Assembly (NCBI GenBank): GCA_023231475.1
Contig: JALJEE010002185.1
Location: 1 to 64,000, forward strand
Length of the DNA stretch: 64,000 nt
Source: Seison nebaliae
Lineage: Eukaryota
Direction of reading: 5' to 3'
The notes under the pieces are model-generated. The model saw only the letters and a list, made by a program, of their open reading frames with translations, did not search any database and was not told the DNA's origin. Position numbers and translations under genes: made by a program. Below are positions 41,433 to 52,740 of the stretch, in pieces. The stretch's first letter is position 1, and each line of letters opens with the position of its first letter.

Positions 41433-43004
41433 ATGAAGTCGAATATCCATCGATTGAGTGGAACTCTAGCAACTGCAGCCAATGTTCTTCCAGGAGTCAA
41501 TTATGATCGTGGATATACCTTATTACATGATAAACATATTGAAAAACCACATAGTCATCTCTTAAATTATGATGCATACGACGAATCGTCTTTCAGTAAA
41601 AAACCATATTATCATACAAACACATCCCATTCTGCTAAACATTTACATCGTCCCAGAAATAGTAGTGAAACAGATGATGAGATCAGATATTCTTTAGAAC
41701 ATGGAAAACCAAAAAAATCGGTTGAGATGAGACATTCACATATTCCAGGCCATCATTCCAGACGTCGATCAAGTCATACCAGATTGAGTCGCAGACGATC
41801 TAGTCGTCAAAGTCTAAGACCTTCAGGTCGTCGATCATCCATTCGTATTATAAATCACCCTCAACCAAGTCGTCCCACTCTCAATCCATTTGGTCGAAGA
41901 TCATCATCTGGTAGAAGATCCTCATCTGGTAGAAGGTCATCATCTGGTAGAAGGTCATCATCTGGTCGGAGATCTTCTGTTCGTGGTCGAAGATCTTCTG
42001 TTCGTGGTCGAAGATCATCTGTTCGTGGTCGAAGATCATCTGGTCGTAGAAAATCAAGTCATCGTGGCTCACGGTCATCAAGATCTCGTCATCGTCGACC
42101 GTCAAGAAGACATTCTAGACATCCTCGTCGTCATTCTTCACATCATCGTAAACATCGTGGATCACATCATCCGAAAAGATCCCATCGAAAAAACCATTCG
42201 ACGAATGGTCGTTATTTTAATCGGCGAATATCTCATACTAAATGTCCACTCTCTCCTTCTTTAGTTCCCATAATTCCTCATAGAACAAAGATTGATCATT
42301 TTCATTTTGTAAATGGAAGAGATCCCATTTATGAAGGAAGTGTTTACAGTAAAGATCCACCAATAGGTCGATGTCCTCGTACATTTCGTACTTGCGAGGC
42401 TCTACCATCCAAATTAGCAGATCCTCTAAATTTATTATACAAAATTTCGAGGTCGAGTAACATTTCGAAAATTGAATTACAAAAAGCTATCGGATTTCAT
42501 GGAACATATTCTACCGAAAATGTACATCCGACTCAACATCAATCTGCAAGTCGAACATCAATAGTCATATCTAATCATAAACATAATGGACCACCACATT
42601 TATCTTTCAGACCAAGTCAGAGGAGTTCACATCATCAATTACGTCCCAGTTCCAGTCGTCATGGATCACATCACAGATTACCTTCTCGCCGATCAAGTCG
42701 AAGTTCACGTCAAAGTTTAAGAAACAGTTCCCGCCATAGTTCACTTCACTCTTTACTTCATAGAGGAAGTAGTGTTTATTCTTACGCCAATCCATCAGGT
42801 CGTAACAGTAGAACGTCAATTAGTCGTACCACTTCCATATCGAACTTCCCAAATAATAAGAGTTTATCTCTCAGTCAGTTTAGAAAGACTGAAGTTGATT
42901 CCGATACGAGTTTAAAAGAATCATTAATTAATGTGGCCTTAAGCAGTGATGTTAAAGGAAGACGAGTATCAATCGATCCTCATCCAACATCATATGCATC
43001 TTAA
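41433..43004 (+). CDS. Orphan Arg/Ser/His-rich basic protein (protamine/SNBP-like composition); intronless
   Basis: 523-aa uninterrupted ORF with tandem GRRSSS/GRRSSVR units; no recognised domain. Confidence 0.75.
   Translation: MKSNIHRLSGTLATAANVLPGVNYDRGYTLLHDKHIEKPHSHLLNYDAYDESSFSKKPYYHTNTSHSAKHLHRPRNSSETDDEIRYSLEHGKPKKSVEMRHSHIPGHHSRRRSSHTRLSRRRSSRQSLRPSGRRSSIRIINHPQPSRPTLNPFGRRSSSGRRSSSGRRSSSGRRSSSGRRSSVRGRRSSVRGRRSSVRGRRSSGRRKSSHRGSRSSRSRHRRPSRRHSRHPRRHSSHHRKHRGSHHPKRSHRKNHSTNGRYFNRRISHTKCPLSPSLVPIIPHRTKIDHFHFVNGRDPIYEGSVYSKDPPIGRCPRTFRTCEALPSKLADPLNLLYKISRSSNISKIELQKAIGFHGTYSTENVHPTQHQSASRTSIVISNHKHNGPPHLSFRPSQRSSHHQLRPSSSRHGSHHRLPSRRSSRSSRQSLRNSSRHSSLHSLLHRGSSVYSYANPSGRNSRTSISRTTSISNFPNNKSLSLSQFRKTEVDSDTSLKESLINVALSSDVKGRRVSIDPHPTSYAS
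41892..42060 (+). repeat. Coding minisatellite of 18-nt (GRRSSS) and 21-nt (GRRSSVR) units
   Basis: Repeated ggtcgaagatcatcatct-type and ggtcgaagatcttctgttcgt-type units. Confidence 0.9.
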
Positions 43005-43553
43005 TTAAATTTTATCAATACTCATTTATATACTTGTCTTTTGACCTCCTTATAAAAGGTTTCCTATATGAGTTTAATAAACGAGTTGCCATATGAAGAC
43101 TATCCGACTATTATTCTAATATAGTACTAAAAATTAAAAATTTTAATTGAATCATATAATACTCCCACTATTCTATGAACACACATTGTGAAAGAATGAC
43201 CACTAGAAAAGTGGGAGCGAAGCCAAACATCCTTCTTTGATTATTATATATGATTATAGATGAGTAACGGTCTAAATGTTCCTCGGCCAATGTTAATGGA
43301 AACGGAACGTTAATGGTTAATGTTAAAGACTCGTCACAAATAATTAAATGTTTCATGTTAGAATATTGTTTTAACATGATAAGTTTTATTAATCATATGT
43401 CATTAACTTACAAGTAATTTTCTTGGTCAATTTACAAATAATGTCGTTTGGATGTTTATATTGATGTACTTTGAATTCATCTAGTACAATAGAAGATAAA
43501 AATTCGTTTAAAAATTTTTTGAAGTAAAATAAATTGCGCTTTCCATATTGTGA

Positions 43554-46500
43554 ATGCATGTTAATATTCATAAACTTTCCGGTTCACTCGCCAGTGCAGC
43601 GAATGTACGACCGTCACCGGGATATCGGAAAAGTAAAAAAGGTGAAATACCGAACGCAATACCTCCACGAAAATTTTCGACAAATCATTCAAAGAAGCAA
43701 AATTATGGTTTAATTCAAACGGATGGTAAACGAGCAGGTGGAAGAGTTACATCGAGAAACTCATACGTTGGCCGCAATAGTTTACATTTTTATAATAATA
43801 GAAGTACAATGAATAGTCGTAGTGGAAGTAGTCGAGATCTATTTTCCCCAGGACAGAGTACAAGTAGAGTTCCAAGTTACATTAGCTGGACCTCTCAATC
43901 GAGGAGTACTCTTCCAGTTAATCGTAGTTTATTTTCTCGCAGTAGACGAAGTTTAAATCGACAAAATAGTTCGAATAGAGATTTTGTACCTCATCCAATT
44001 TCTAGTCAAGGTACCTTTTCCAGTAGTAACCAAATGAGAGGTCGAAGACCAAGTTTTGTAGGTGAACCCATTGCTGTTCGAAGTAAGCCTACAGATTTGA
44101 ATAGAAAGATCAACACTAGTCAAAAACCAAGAGCCAAAGACTATTTTAAACCTAAACCGAAATCTCCTTTACCAGGAAAAGATTTGTTCAATCATCAAAA
44201 AGAATATATCCCGCAAAATAGTCCAGAAGTAAAGAATGAATATGTTGGACAGCCGATTTCAATTCGAGTGAAAAATGATGAAAGTGAAAGAAATGAATTG
44301 CCAAAAAATGAGAGCATTGGAGACACATCAAAGAAAAATCATGACGGAATAATTAAGAAAATAAAAAGTTCAATAGAAAATATTCACCCAATTTCACGTC
44401 AAAATAGTAAACGAACTCTCAGTAACATTATAACTCAATTTCATAATGATCAACCAAATATAGGAGATCCAATAAATATTCTTCCAAGTAATAACTACCC
44501 ACTTAGTAAAGTGGAACCGAATGCAAATTATAAAGGCGAAGATATTTCTAGTAAGTATCAAAAGCGAAAATCAATCAGATATCAGAATATTAATGAAAAT
44601 GATCTTAATTCCAGTGTGTCTAAAAAAGATATATCATATCTCCATCATCATAATAGTGGAAGATCGAAAAAAGATGGAAACAGTTTGTCCACCCTCGATA
44701 AATATCCATCAACTACTCATAAGGTGAATGCAGAATATTCAATCATTCCTCCATCATATGAAACGTTATCTCGAAGAGATTCGCTGATAACGGATAGTAA
44801 AAATTCCAGAAATAATGGGAGATCAATGGGATCCATAAACGAGCAAAATCTATTGAATAAAACTTCAAAATTACTTATTGAACAGCTTTCAAAACCTTCC
44901 CCATCAAATGATTTATCAGATATTACACATATTACACCTCAAAAAAATTTCGCTTCTCATCCATCCCAAATGAATAATTTGACAAGTGACGAATCGAAAT
45001 TTAACCCAACGGAATCACCTAATTGGGAGGGTGCCATGGTGAATTTGTGGGATCCAAATGAAACTCAAAATTTAGAAGTTGAAAGACAACTCATCTATCC
45101 TCAACCGAATATTAATAATGGAAAAGGTTTATGGACTGGAAATAAAACTATTTTCGAAAGTATTGATAACAATCCGTCAACGAACGAAAAGGAAATAGAA
45201 AAAAATAATTTTCAACCAATTATTCGATATGGTAAAAATCCCAACAATAATCCGCTGAGTCGAACGGATGGAACATTGACAAGTGGAAATCGAAAAGAAA
45301 TTGATGATGTATCGGCCACTTCCAAAATCAGTATCGCCAATGAAAATATGGAAAATGAATATTTGAAATATCTGTATGAGTCTTGGAGGAAGAAGAAGAA
45401 GAAAAGTTTATCTAACCAGTCGTTAGGACGTGTCAAGTGTCATGATTCGATATTCGGAGGTGAAGGTGAAGAACAGATAACGGCAATACATGAATTCCCT
45501 GATCAGAAACCATTAAGTTGTTTGATATGTGGAGTGGAGGATATGGATGGAGAATCTGATAAATGTGAGTCCTTATTTAAACAGATTGTTGAGATGTTGA
45601 AATTACAAGATCGAATGAATGAAGGAAGTCGAAGTAAGATGTTGGATGCTGTACTGAAAGCAATGAAAGCAGCAAGATTAGCGAATGCAGGACCGAAAAT
45701 TAAGAAATGTCGACATTTAGTTAATGTCAAATGTATCTACTATGGTAATTTGTTGGGAAGGAGATGTAATTGTGAAAAAAAGAAAAGTCGGTTTTTTCGA
45801 GAATGCATCCATAATTGTGATTATCGATCAGGTGATTATCACTGCGGTGATAATCATTGTGGAGAAAATCGTAATGTTTGTTTTATTGGTCCGAATGATT
45901 TACCTTTTCAAAGAACTACAACTAATAGAAATCAGTCAAGTCGTCCAAGTAGTAAATCGGAACGTTCATACCGATCAACTTCTCAGAATTCATCAGTGTC
46001 GTCGTTGAAGGAGATTAGGCAGTCGAAAGAAAATAGATATCGAAAACGTGGTCGAAAATATTCTTCGGATTCCTCAGAGAAAACATTCCAATTCGATCAA
46101 AGTTCTGACTCATATAAATATCATGGCAATCAAAGAAAATCCACAAGTAACACCTCTTTATTGTCGATAGGAAATGATGAAAGAAGTTTTTGTCGTTCTT
46201 CTCAAATTCAAAAGAGATATAATAATATAATTAATAATTATAATAATAATAATAATAACATAACAACAAATTCTGATTCGACAGAAAAGTTTCTATCCCA
46301 AAATACCTCATCTTCAAGAAATGCATCGTTAACAAATGATAAAGTATTGAAACAACCATTGAGATGTCGCGTAAACGGTAATCGAAAAAGGGAAAATTTG
46401 ATTAGGTCAAATAATCGGAATAATCACACACAGAATAATTGGAATAATAAGAACCAGGAAATTAAAGAACTTTCTACCACCCAGACCAAAATGAGAAATA

Positions 46501-49500
46501 AAGTTCGTAAGCATAGAAAGAAACATATAATATCCAATAATCTCAATAATAATAATAATAACGTCAAATCATCTTTATTCTCTCGTCAAAGAAATATTAT
46601 CCAAAAATTCCGAGATATAATCCCACGGATAAAAGACACAAGTTCGACGAGAACCAATGAATTATCTTTTTCCTCAAGAGACGAATGTAGAAGAACAGGA
46701 ACAAATTCTTCATCTAATCGTTTGACAGAATCGTCAATTGAGTGTTCCGAGAGAAAAATTTCAGAGTATTCTTCAACAGATTCAGCTTATTCTTTTGAGG
46801 TAACTCAATTAGTAAAAGAAACAAATTATTCTTCTGAAACAGAATCGTCAACATTATGTTCACCGTCCAACATCCCATCTACTGATTCGTCTAATTCAAA
46901 CAGAAAATTATCAAGAATGAGAGAATCATCAACTCTATCTTGGAACGACTTTAGACGACATGCTTCTATTTCATCAAAGGCCAGCCCGGTTTCTACGGAA
47001 AATGAAATATTCGAATCAAACTCATCTCAATCAAGAACTGATCGAAAAGCATCTCCCACATGGACAGATTTATTAAAGAACTCATCGACAACTGTCAACA
47101 CGGAAAGTAGATTTTCAGTTACGTCTCCTGAAATTGGGCAACGTTCGAAACTCTCTGAAACAGGATCAATCACCTCTTTTAATTCAACGCAATTAACAAA
47201 TCAATCGATAGAAATTTCTGTGGAACCACTTACCAAATCTTGGACTAATTCAGAAGTGGACCAATATCGATCATCAATTTCTTCTCAATCGTCCACACTA
47301 AAAGATACGATGTCAGAGAGAGAATCAGAAACATCTTCAAGTTTATCTGAACAGTCTAATCGATTTATAGAAACGGTTGATGAAGATTATGTTTCGTCGT
47401 CAACATTAAAACCGTTATCACAGAGTTCTTTGACTGATACTAATAGAACATCATCTACTCCATTTTCACATAGAACAAGGTCAAATCGAACTTCAGAAAT
47501 TGAACTTTCATCAACCGATCTATCAGAAACAGGTTACATGACAACACCAATTTCATCAAGATTCACCTCAGTAAACTGTAAAACTAAATCGATTAATTCT
47601 ATCGATGAAGAATTCCCACAATCATTAACAACCACACAATCCTCAAGAGAACACAGTTGGGTTAATTCTGATGAAATGGAACTCCATACAACTCCAACCA
47701 CTTTCCAATCGGTAGGTCGCATACCCTTAACACCTGAAACACAGTCAGTAATATCAAAAGATGTTTCCATCCATAGTAATTCGTCGAGAGGAAATCGTCG
47801 TTCACTACGATCAGTAATTTTATCAAAATCACCTACCAAATCGTCATCAGTTTCGAGAGAAATTGAAGATGGAACATCAATTGATTTTAGTAAAAATGAT
47901 TCTCCAACATCTCCTGTAGAACCTGGAAGATTTTTAAAATTTCTAAAATCGATCCAACGATCAATTATCAATATAGAATCTGATACCGAGAATCAATCCA
48001 TATCAACTGAACATGGTGAGTCAGTTCGCAGGCCATTACAAAGTATCAGATATAGAAATTCTGAAACTGATCCAACAACACTTTATGACAGTGACGTCAC
48101 TTTATTAAGTAAATCAATAAATGTACCAAAGTTAACGACTGAAACAGAAGAATCAGAAACTAATACTATAAATTCAAATAATGAGAGTGGAGACAGAAAT
48201 AATTCTGCAAATTTATTATCGATAAATTGGAGATCATCTCAAACGAACGACACTTCTGTATGGACACCTCAACCAGAAAGTAATTTCAAATTTTCAGAAA
48301 GTAGTTCCGCAAAATTTTCCAAGCTAACCGATGATCCATCAGAAATTTCAAGAAGTTATCAAAGAGAGTCAAACGTCTCGTCAACCTTAACAAACTGTTC
48401 CAAAATTTCATCTCCCTTTTCACCTGGTGAGAGAAGAACAAATGTTTCAACCATGCAATCCTCGAAACATTCTTGGAGAGACACAGAGAAATTGGAAGAA
48501 CGTGAATATTTTTCTTCCAATTCATCAAAACTTAATCATTCCTCATCTGAAACTCCATTAGCAACATCTTCCAGCGCAATTGAATATATTAATCCATCAA
48601 TAGTGGATTATAAAACGGAATCACCTACATTAAGACAATCGTCAGATTATGTTTCATCCGATGAAAAAATCCAATATAATAAAATTCCAACTTCTTCCAA
48701 ACCTCCAAGACGTTTGGTTTCCGACATTAATACGTCAACGTCTGTCGATGTTGCTCAGCAATCCAATAGACGATCGTTAAATTATCCTAAATCAATGTCA
48801 AGATCATCATGGAAAAATTTTAACAAATCTTCCTCAACTTTACCAAAAGACATTAGTAACACAGAATCTTTACCTGGTTTTACTCAAAACACAATATCAG
48901 AACAATTATTCAATACTTCAATGACATCAGAAGGAATTCGAAGTTCTTCTGAGAGTGAATTTAAAAATTTTTCCGATTCGTCTGAAACGAAAAACTTCGG
49001 AGAAATTTCCTCCAGAAACAAATCAACATTACCAACCACACACATTGAAATAACACATAGTTCACCAAGAACTATTTCCGAAATGACAACACCATCCATA
49101 TTAGTTAGACCAAGAAAAAATTTTATTACTAGTTCCGAAAACGAATCAAATATTAAAGTTTTTAGAAAGATTGGCACAGAATCAATATCATCTATCAATT
49201 CGTCACAATCGACAAGCCACCGAACAAAAATTAGTCAATCAATTATAACTTCTCAAGAAGAATCAATTGAATCCAGGAAATATAATTCATTACTAGAACG
49301 AGAAGAAAATTCTTTTGATACACAATCAATTCTAGACAAACGTAATATCTCCACCACAGACTTACCACTACTTTCCAGTGACTCGCAGTTATTTACTCAG
49401 TCGTCCAGGAATTTTAATAATGAATCAGATAACTCGTCTACATTAACACCGTCGTTTGAAGTCAAATTTAATGATATCTCTCTCCGATCAAAATATATAG

Positions 49501-50804
49501 TCCCTGATGATACAGATATGTGGACTGACGTTAGCAAACTGCGATTAGATAAATCGTCCCAATCATCACGTCAAACATATTTGACTTCTTCGAAATCTAC
49601 TAATTTAACACAATTAGAAAATGAATCAATAATTGCCGATCTTTCTTGGGCAAACGAGAGAGATATTTCCTCACAAAATTCGATAATTAATTCGTCATTA
49701 TATAAAACAGATAATTCATCATCAAAAGAAAGTACTAATATCGAACAACAATTTGACACAACTTCAACAACTCCTACATTAAAATCATTAAATTCAACTT
49801 TTAAACCAGGATCGACATATTCATCATATGAACGTACAAAATATTCCGGAGAAGCAGATTCAAATATTTCATATTCATGGACAGAAGACTTAACAAATTT
49901 AAGAGATATCTCTAATTCTCCAACGTTGATAACGGATCCATCTCGAATATTTATTTCTCCTTTAAATAGTTCTATTATAACTTCACGAAATAATTCAAAT
50001 GATTCATCAACTCATCAACGTCGTTCGGTAGAACTTTCATCTGGAAGATCTGCAAACGAATTGGATTCATCACAATCGATTAGTGAATCCGGAATATCCT
50101 TATCAAGATTATCTAATACGGTTACACATTCTTCAAATATATCGAGTAATTCATCGGACGATATGTGGAGAAATTCCGAAAATGAAAGATCTAAACAAAC
50201 ATCAGCCACAATCCAATTAGAAACTGTTCCTTCGTCACTTTTTCCCCAATCGACCAATTCGTTAGAAGCGATTATTTCCCAATCTACTTGGCCAACAATT
50301 AGTGACGTAATTGACAAGAAATCTTCTTCATCTAAAAGATCTTGGACATCATCTGAAGTTAATTCCAGTATTTCTAGTATGACATTAGTTCCCGCCTCTG
50401 ATTCATTACGAACAATTAATGATAATTCATCGTCAATGATACCCAAATCATCAAACACATCATTAACGTCTAATGAAAACGAAATTAGTAAATCTCAATC
50501 TCAAACTTCATCGAATAGAAATTCATCGAGTGGAAATCCATTGAACAGCGATTCATCACAAACGATTCATGACGAACAGACAATTTTAAATGAATCTTCT
50601 ATAGAATTTGATATCGATGATAATCAATCAACCTCAGTGAGAAATTCGATGACATCATCATTATTACTTGATTTACCTAAGAAACTGATGTGTGAAATAT
50701 CAGAATTAGAGAATTCTTGTCTATTTGCAGAATTAACGAAGTATCTCGCCTCTCACGATATCGAAGTGAGGAATGGAGAAAAAATGAATAAGGACATTTT
50801 TTAA
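43554..50804 (+). CDS. Giant orphan Ser/Thr/Asn-rich protein (2416 aa) with a central Cys-rich segment; intronless
   Basis: 7.25-kb stop-free ORF in AT-rich DNA; shares its N-terminal peptide with the preceding gene. Confidence 0.8.
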   Translation: MHVNIHKLSGSLASAANVRPSPGYRKSKKGEIPNAIPPRKFSTNHSKKQNYGLIQTDGKRAGGRVTSRNSYVGRNSLHFYNNRSTMNSRSGSSRDLFSPGQSTSRVPSYISWTSQSRSTLPVNRSLFSRSRRSLNRQNSSNRDFVPHPISSQGTFSSSNQMRGRRPSFVGEPIAVRSKPTDLNRKINTSQKPRAKDYFKPKPKSPLPGKDLFNHQKEYIPQNSPEVKNEYVGQPISIRVKNDESERNELPKNESIGDTSKKNHDGIIKKIKSSIENIHPISRQNSKRTLSNIITQFHNDQPNIGDPINILPSNNYPLSKVEPNANYKGEDISSKYQKRKSIRYQNINENDLNSSVSKKDISYLHHHNSGRSKKDGNSLSTLDKYPSTTHKVNAEYSIIPPSYETLSRRDSLITDSKNSRNNGRSMGSINEQNLLNKTSKLLIEQLSKPSPSNDLSDITHITPQKNFASHPSQMNNLTSDESKFNPTESPNWEGAMVNLWDPNETQNLEVERQLIYPQPNINNGKGLWTGNKTIFESIDNNPSTNEKEIEKNNFQPIIRYGKNPNNNPLSRTDGTLTSGNRKEIDDVSATSKISIANENMENEYLKYLYESWRKKKKKSLSNQSLGRVKCHDSIFGGEGEEQITAIHEFPDQKPLSCLICGVEDMDGESDKCESLFKQIVEMLKLQDRMNEGSRSKMLDAVLKAMKAARLANAGPKIKKCRHLVNVKCIYYGNLLGRRCNCEKKKSRFFRECIHNCDYRSGDYHCGDNHCGENRNVCFIGPNDLPFQRTTTNRNQSSRPSSKSERSYRSTSQNSSVSSLKEIRQSKENRYRKRGRKYSSDSSEKTFQFDQSSDSYKYHGNQRKSTSNTSLLSIGNDERSFCRSSQIQKRYNNIINNYNNNNNNITTNSDSTEKFLSQNTSSSRNASLTNDKVLKQPLRCRVNGNRKRENLIRSNNRNNHTQNNWNNKNQEIKELSTTQTKMRNKVRKHRKKHIISNNLNNNNNNVKSSLFSRQRNIIQKFRDIIPRIKDTSSTRTNELSFSSRDECRRTGTNSSSNRLTESSIECSERKISEYSSTDSAYSFEVTQLVKETNYSSETESSTLCSPSNIPSTDSSNSNRKLSRMRESSTLSWNDFRRHASISSKASPVSTENEIFESNSSQSRTDRKASPTWTDLLKNSSTTVNTESRFSVTSPEIGQRSKLSETGSITSFNSTQLTNQSIEISVEPLTKSWTNSEVDQYRSSISSQSSTLKDTMSERESETSSSLSEQSNRFIETVDEDYVSSSTLKPLSQSSLTDTNRTSSTPFSHRTRSNRTSEIELSSTDLSETGYMTTPISSRFTSVNCKTKSINSIDEEFPQSLTTTQSSREHSWVNSDEMELHTTPTTFQSVGRIPLTPETQSVISKDVSIHSNSSRGNRRSLRSVILSKSPTKSSSVSREIEDGTSIDFSKNDSPTSPVEPGRFLKFLKSIQRSIINIESDTENQSISTEHGESVRRPLQSIRYRNSETDPTTLYDSDVTLLSKSINVPKLTTETEESETNTINSNNESGDRNNSANLLSINWRSSQTNDTSVWTPQPESNFKFSESSSAKFSKLTDDPSEISRSYQRESNVSSTLTNCSKISSPFSPGERRTNVSTMQSSKHSWRDTEKLEEREYFSSNSSKLNHSSSETPLATSSSAIEYINPSIVDYKTESPTLRQSSDYVSSDEKIQYNKIPTSSKPPRRLVSDINTSTSVDVAQQSNRRSLNYPKSMSRSSWKNFNKSSSTLPKDISNTESLPGFTQNTISEQLFNTSMTSEGIRSSSESEFKNFSDSSETKNFGEISSRNKSTLPTTHIEITHSSPRTISEMTTPSILVRPRKNFITSSENESNIKVFRKIGTESISSINSSQSTSHRTKISQSIITSQEESIESRKYNSLLEREENSFDTQSILDKRNISTTDLPLLSSDSQLFTQSSRNFNNESDNSSTLTPSFEVKFNDISLRSKYIVPDDTDMWTDVSKLRLDKSSQSSRQTYLTSSKSTNLTQLENESIIADLSWANERDISSQNSIINSSLYKTDNSSSKESTNIEQQFDTTSTTPTLKSLNSTFKPGSTYSSYERTKYSGEADSNISYSWTEDLTNLRDISNSPTLITDPSRIFISPLNSSIITSRNNSNDSSTHQRRSVELSSGRSANELDSSQSISESGISLSRLSNTVTHSSNISSNSSDDMWRNSENERSKQTSATIQLETVPSSLFPQSTNSLEAIISQSTWPTISDVIDKKSSSSKRSWTSSEVNSSISSMTLVPASDSLRTINDNSSSMIPKSSNTSLTSNENEISKSQSQTSSNRNSSSGNPLNSDSSQTIHDEQTILNESSIEFDIDDNQSTSVRNSMTSSLLLDLPKKLMCEISELENSCLFAELTKYLASHDIEVRNGEKMNKDIF

Positions 50805-51158
50805 GAAAGTGTTTATTCAATAAATTGTTTCAATATTTTAATATGATTAAGAATTGAAATTATTTTAAAATGTTTGATTTGACAACGGACATTTTGTTGA
50901 AAGTTTCGGAATGAATTGTTCGAAGACTAACAATTGAGACAGTTAGAAAGTGAATTTGAAGATAATATTTATCAATAAAAAATACTGGTTTCTTAACATA
51001 TCAATACGTAGGAAAGGTGCAAGAAAAACATTTGTAATTATTCAGAATAAAAAGAATAATATATCTATCTATCTCATATCACGATTCAAAAGTTGTTGAT
51101 AAGATAATAATATTCTCTATAATATTTCCGTTCAAATAATAATTAAAAACTTAACATT

Positions 51159-51950
51159 TCATTGTCGAATGGTCTTCGCGTCAAATAATACATGATATGG
51201 TGGGGGATCATCAGGTTCGGGGGGAGCAGATGGCGAAATACAAATGTTGTTGTTCGTTTGAGGATTGTTGACATTAGATGAATGAGCATGAGTATTTGGA
51301 TTAAATGATGATGATTCATTAAGAGGTGAATAAATATTATCGTTACCAATATTTCGAGTAATAACTGTAGGCCGTGATTCATATTGTTGTTGTTGTTGTT
51401 GCTGTCCATTTTCAGGATCTGTCATTTTTGACAATTGTTTTTTTTTCACTTTCTTTTGATTGAAAACTTCTTTCTTTGGTATACGTTGTTGAATGATAAC
51501 TTTCTGTTTTGGTTGTTGTTGATGTTGTTCTTGTTGTTCTTGTTGTTCTTGTATAACTACAGTATTATGATTACCTGTAAAAGACAACATATGTGAACGT
51601 GAATCATTTGATGAACTTTTATTAATTCGACCATCATTTTTACTTTTTTTACTTCGCCTTTTATTTCGTTGTTGTTGTTGTTGTGGTTGTTGTGATTGCA
51701 ATTGTTCGGGTGAGAGATTATCTTGATGTTTCGCTTTTCTTACAAAATGTCTGACAATCGTTTCGGAATGCACATATGATGTTCCATCATTTTTCGAATA
51801 TTCGACGGATATCACTTTCTTTTTACAAAGACAATATCCGATAATAACGAATCCAACAATCGCTGCGAAGATCGATGCCGAACATTTGATGGAATAGACG
51901 AGAGATGAATCTGGATGGAATATTGATCGATTAAAGAATCCATCAGACAT
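51159..51950 (-). CDS. Single-pass membrane protein with Gln-rich tail and C-terminal PPPY motif
   Basis: TM SIFAAIVGFVIIGYCLC followed by KKK; tail ends PSAPPEPDDPPPYHVLF. Confidence 0.7.
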   Translation of the reverse strand: MSDGFFNRSIFHPDSSLVYSIKCSASIFAAIVGFVIIGYCLCKKKVISVEYSKNDGTSYVHSETIVRHFVRKAKHQDNLSPEQLQSQQPQQQQQRNKRRSKKSKNDGRINKSSSNDSRSHMLSFTGNHNTVVIQEQQEQQEQHQQQPKQKVIIQQRIPKKEVFNQKKVKKKQLSKMTDPENGQQQQQQQYESRPTVITRNIGNDNIYSPLNESSSFNPNTHAHSSNVNNPQTNNNICISPSAPPEPDDPPPYHVLFDAKTIRQ

Positions 51951-52740
51951 CCTTTCCTATTAATCGTTACTATTCAGTTGACGTATATTTGTTAATTCAT
52001 CTGTCTTTCTCTCATCAACAACACAATCGACAATATTTTTTTCTTTATTTTCTCTTCCCCGTTTTCTCTAGAAAATTATTTTGATCGATCTTCTCTAATG
52101 TTTGATGAGATGGAAAACTATTGAAAAACGAGTTCGTGTCGAATGAAAATTGAATTTACTCTTTCCTCCTAAAGAAAAAAATAAAGAAATAGGAAAGAAG
52201 ACGATTACGATTTATATTGAAGAAATACAAGACAACAGATGTCTAATAAGAAATAATGGAAAATTCTCATCAGATCATTTCTCCATCTTCCATACAAAGA
52301 CGTTTGGAGAATAAGCTAATTCCTAATTAATTTCCTTTATTTTTCTCGTCATTTGTCTGATCTTCACCCAAATGAGAAATCTGGACTGAAACTTCAGACA
52401 ACACTTATGACTCACTCTTTTGATATCCATTAATCATCCGTTTCTTGTTCACTTCCTGCTTTCCTCTTAATCAGGTTTTCAACACATTAACTACTCTTCC
52501 GTCCAGTTCACCGGAGTGAACATCCATTTCTAACAATACGTTTCAATCATCTTAAACTATTTTATAACTTCTCATGATTAAATTCACGATTTTCTTAATT
52601 TAAGCTTTTCATTTCTAATTATTAAATTCACAACATAATCCAAAAAATTTTCCTCGCAACAGTCGTTAATGCAATAATTATTCACTGTCAGATCAAATAA
52701 ATAACTGAACATAATTTAAATTGCAATCAAATTCATTTTT

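Noticed and set aside
41892..42060. Regularly spaced repeats as a possible CRISPR-like array
   Set aside because: Head-to-tail coding minisatellite with no unique spacers, in a eukaryotic context.
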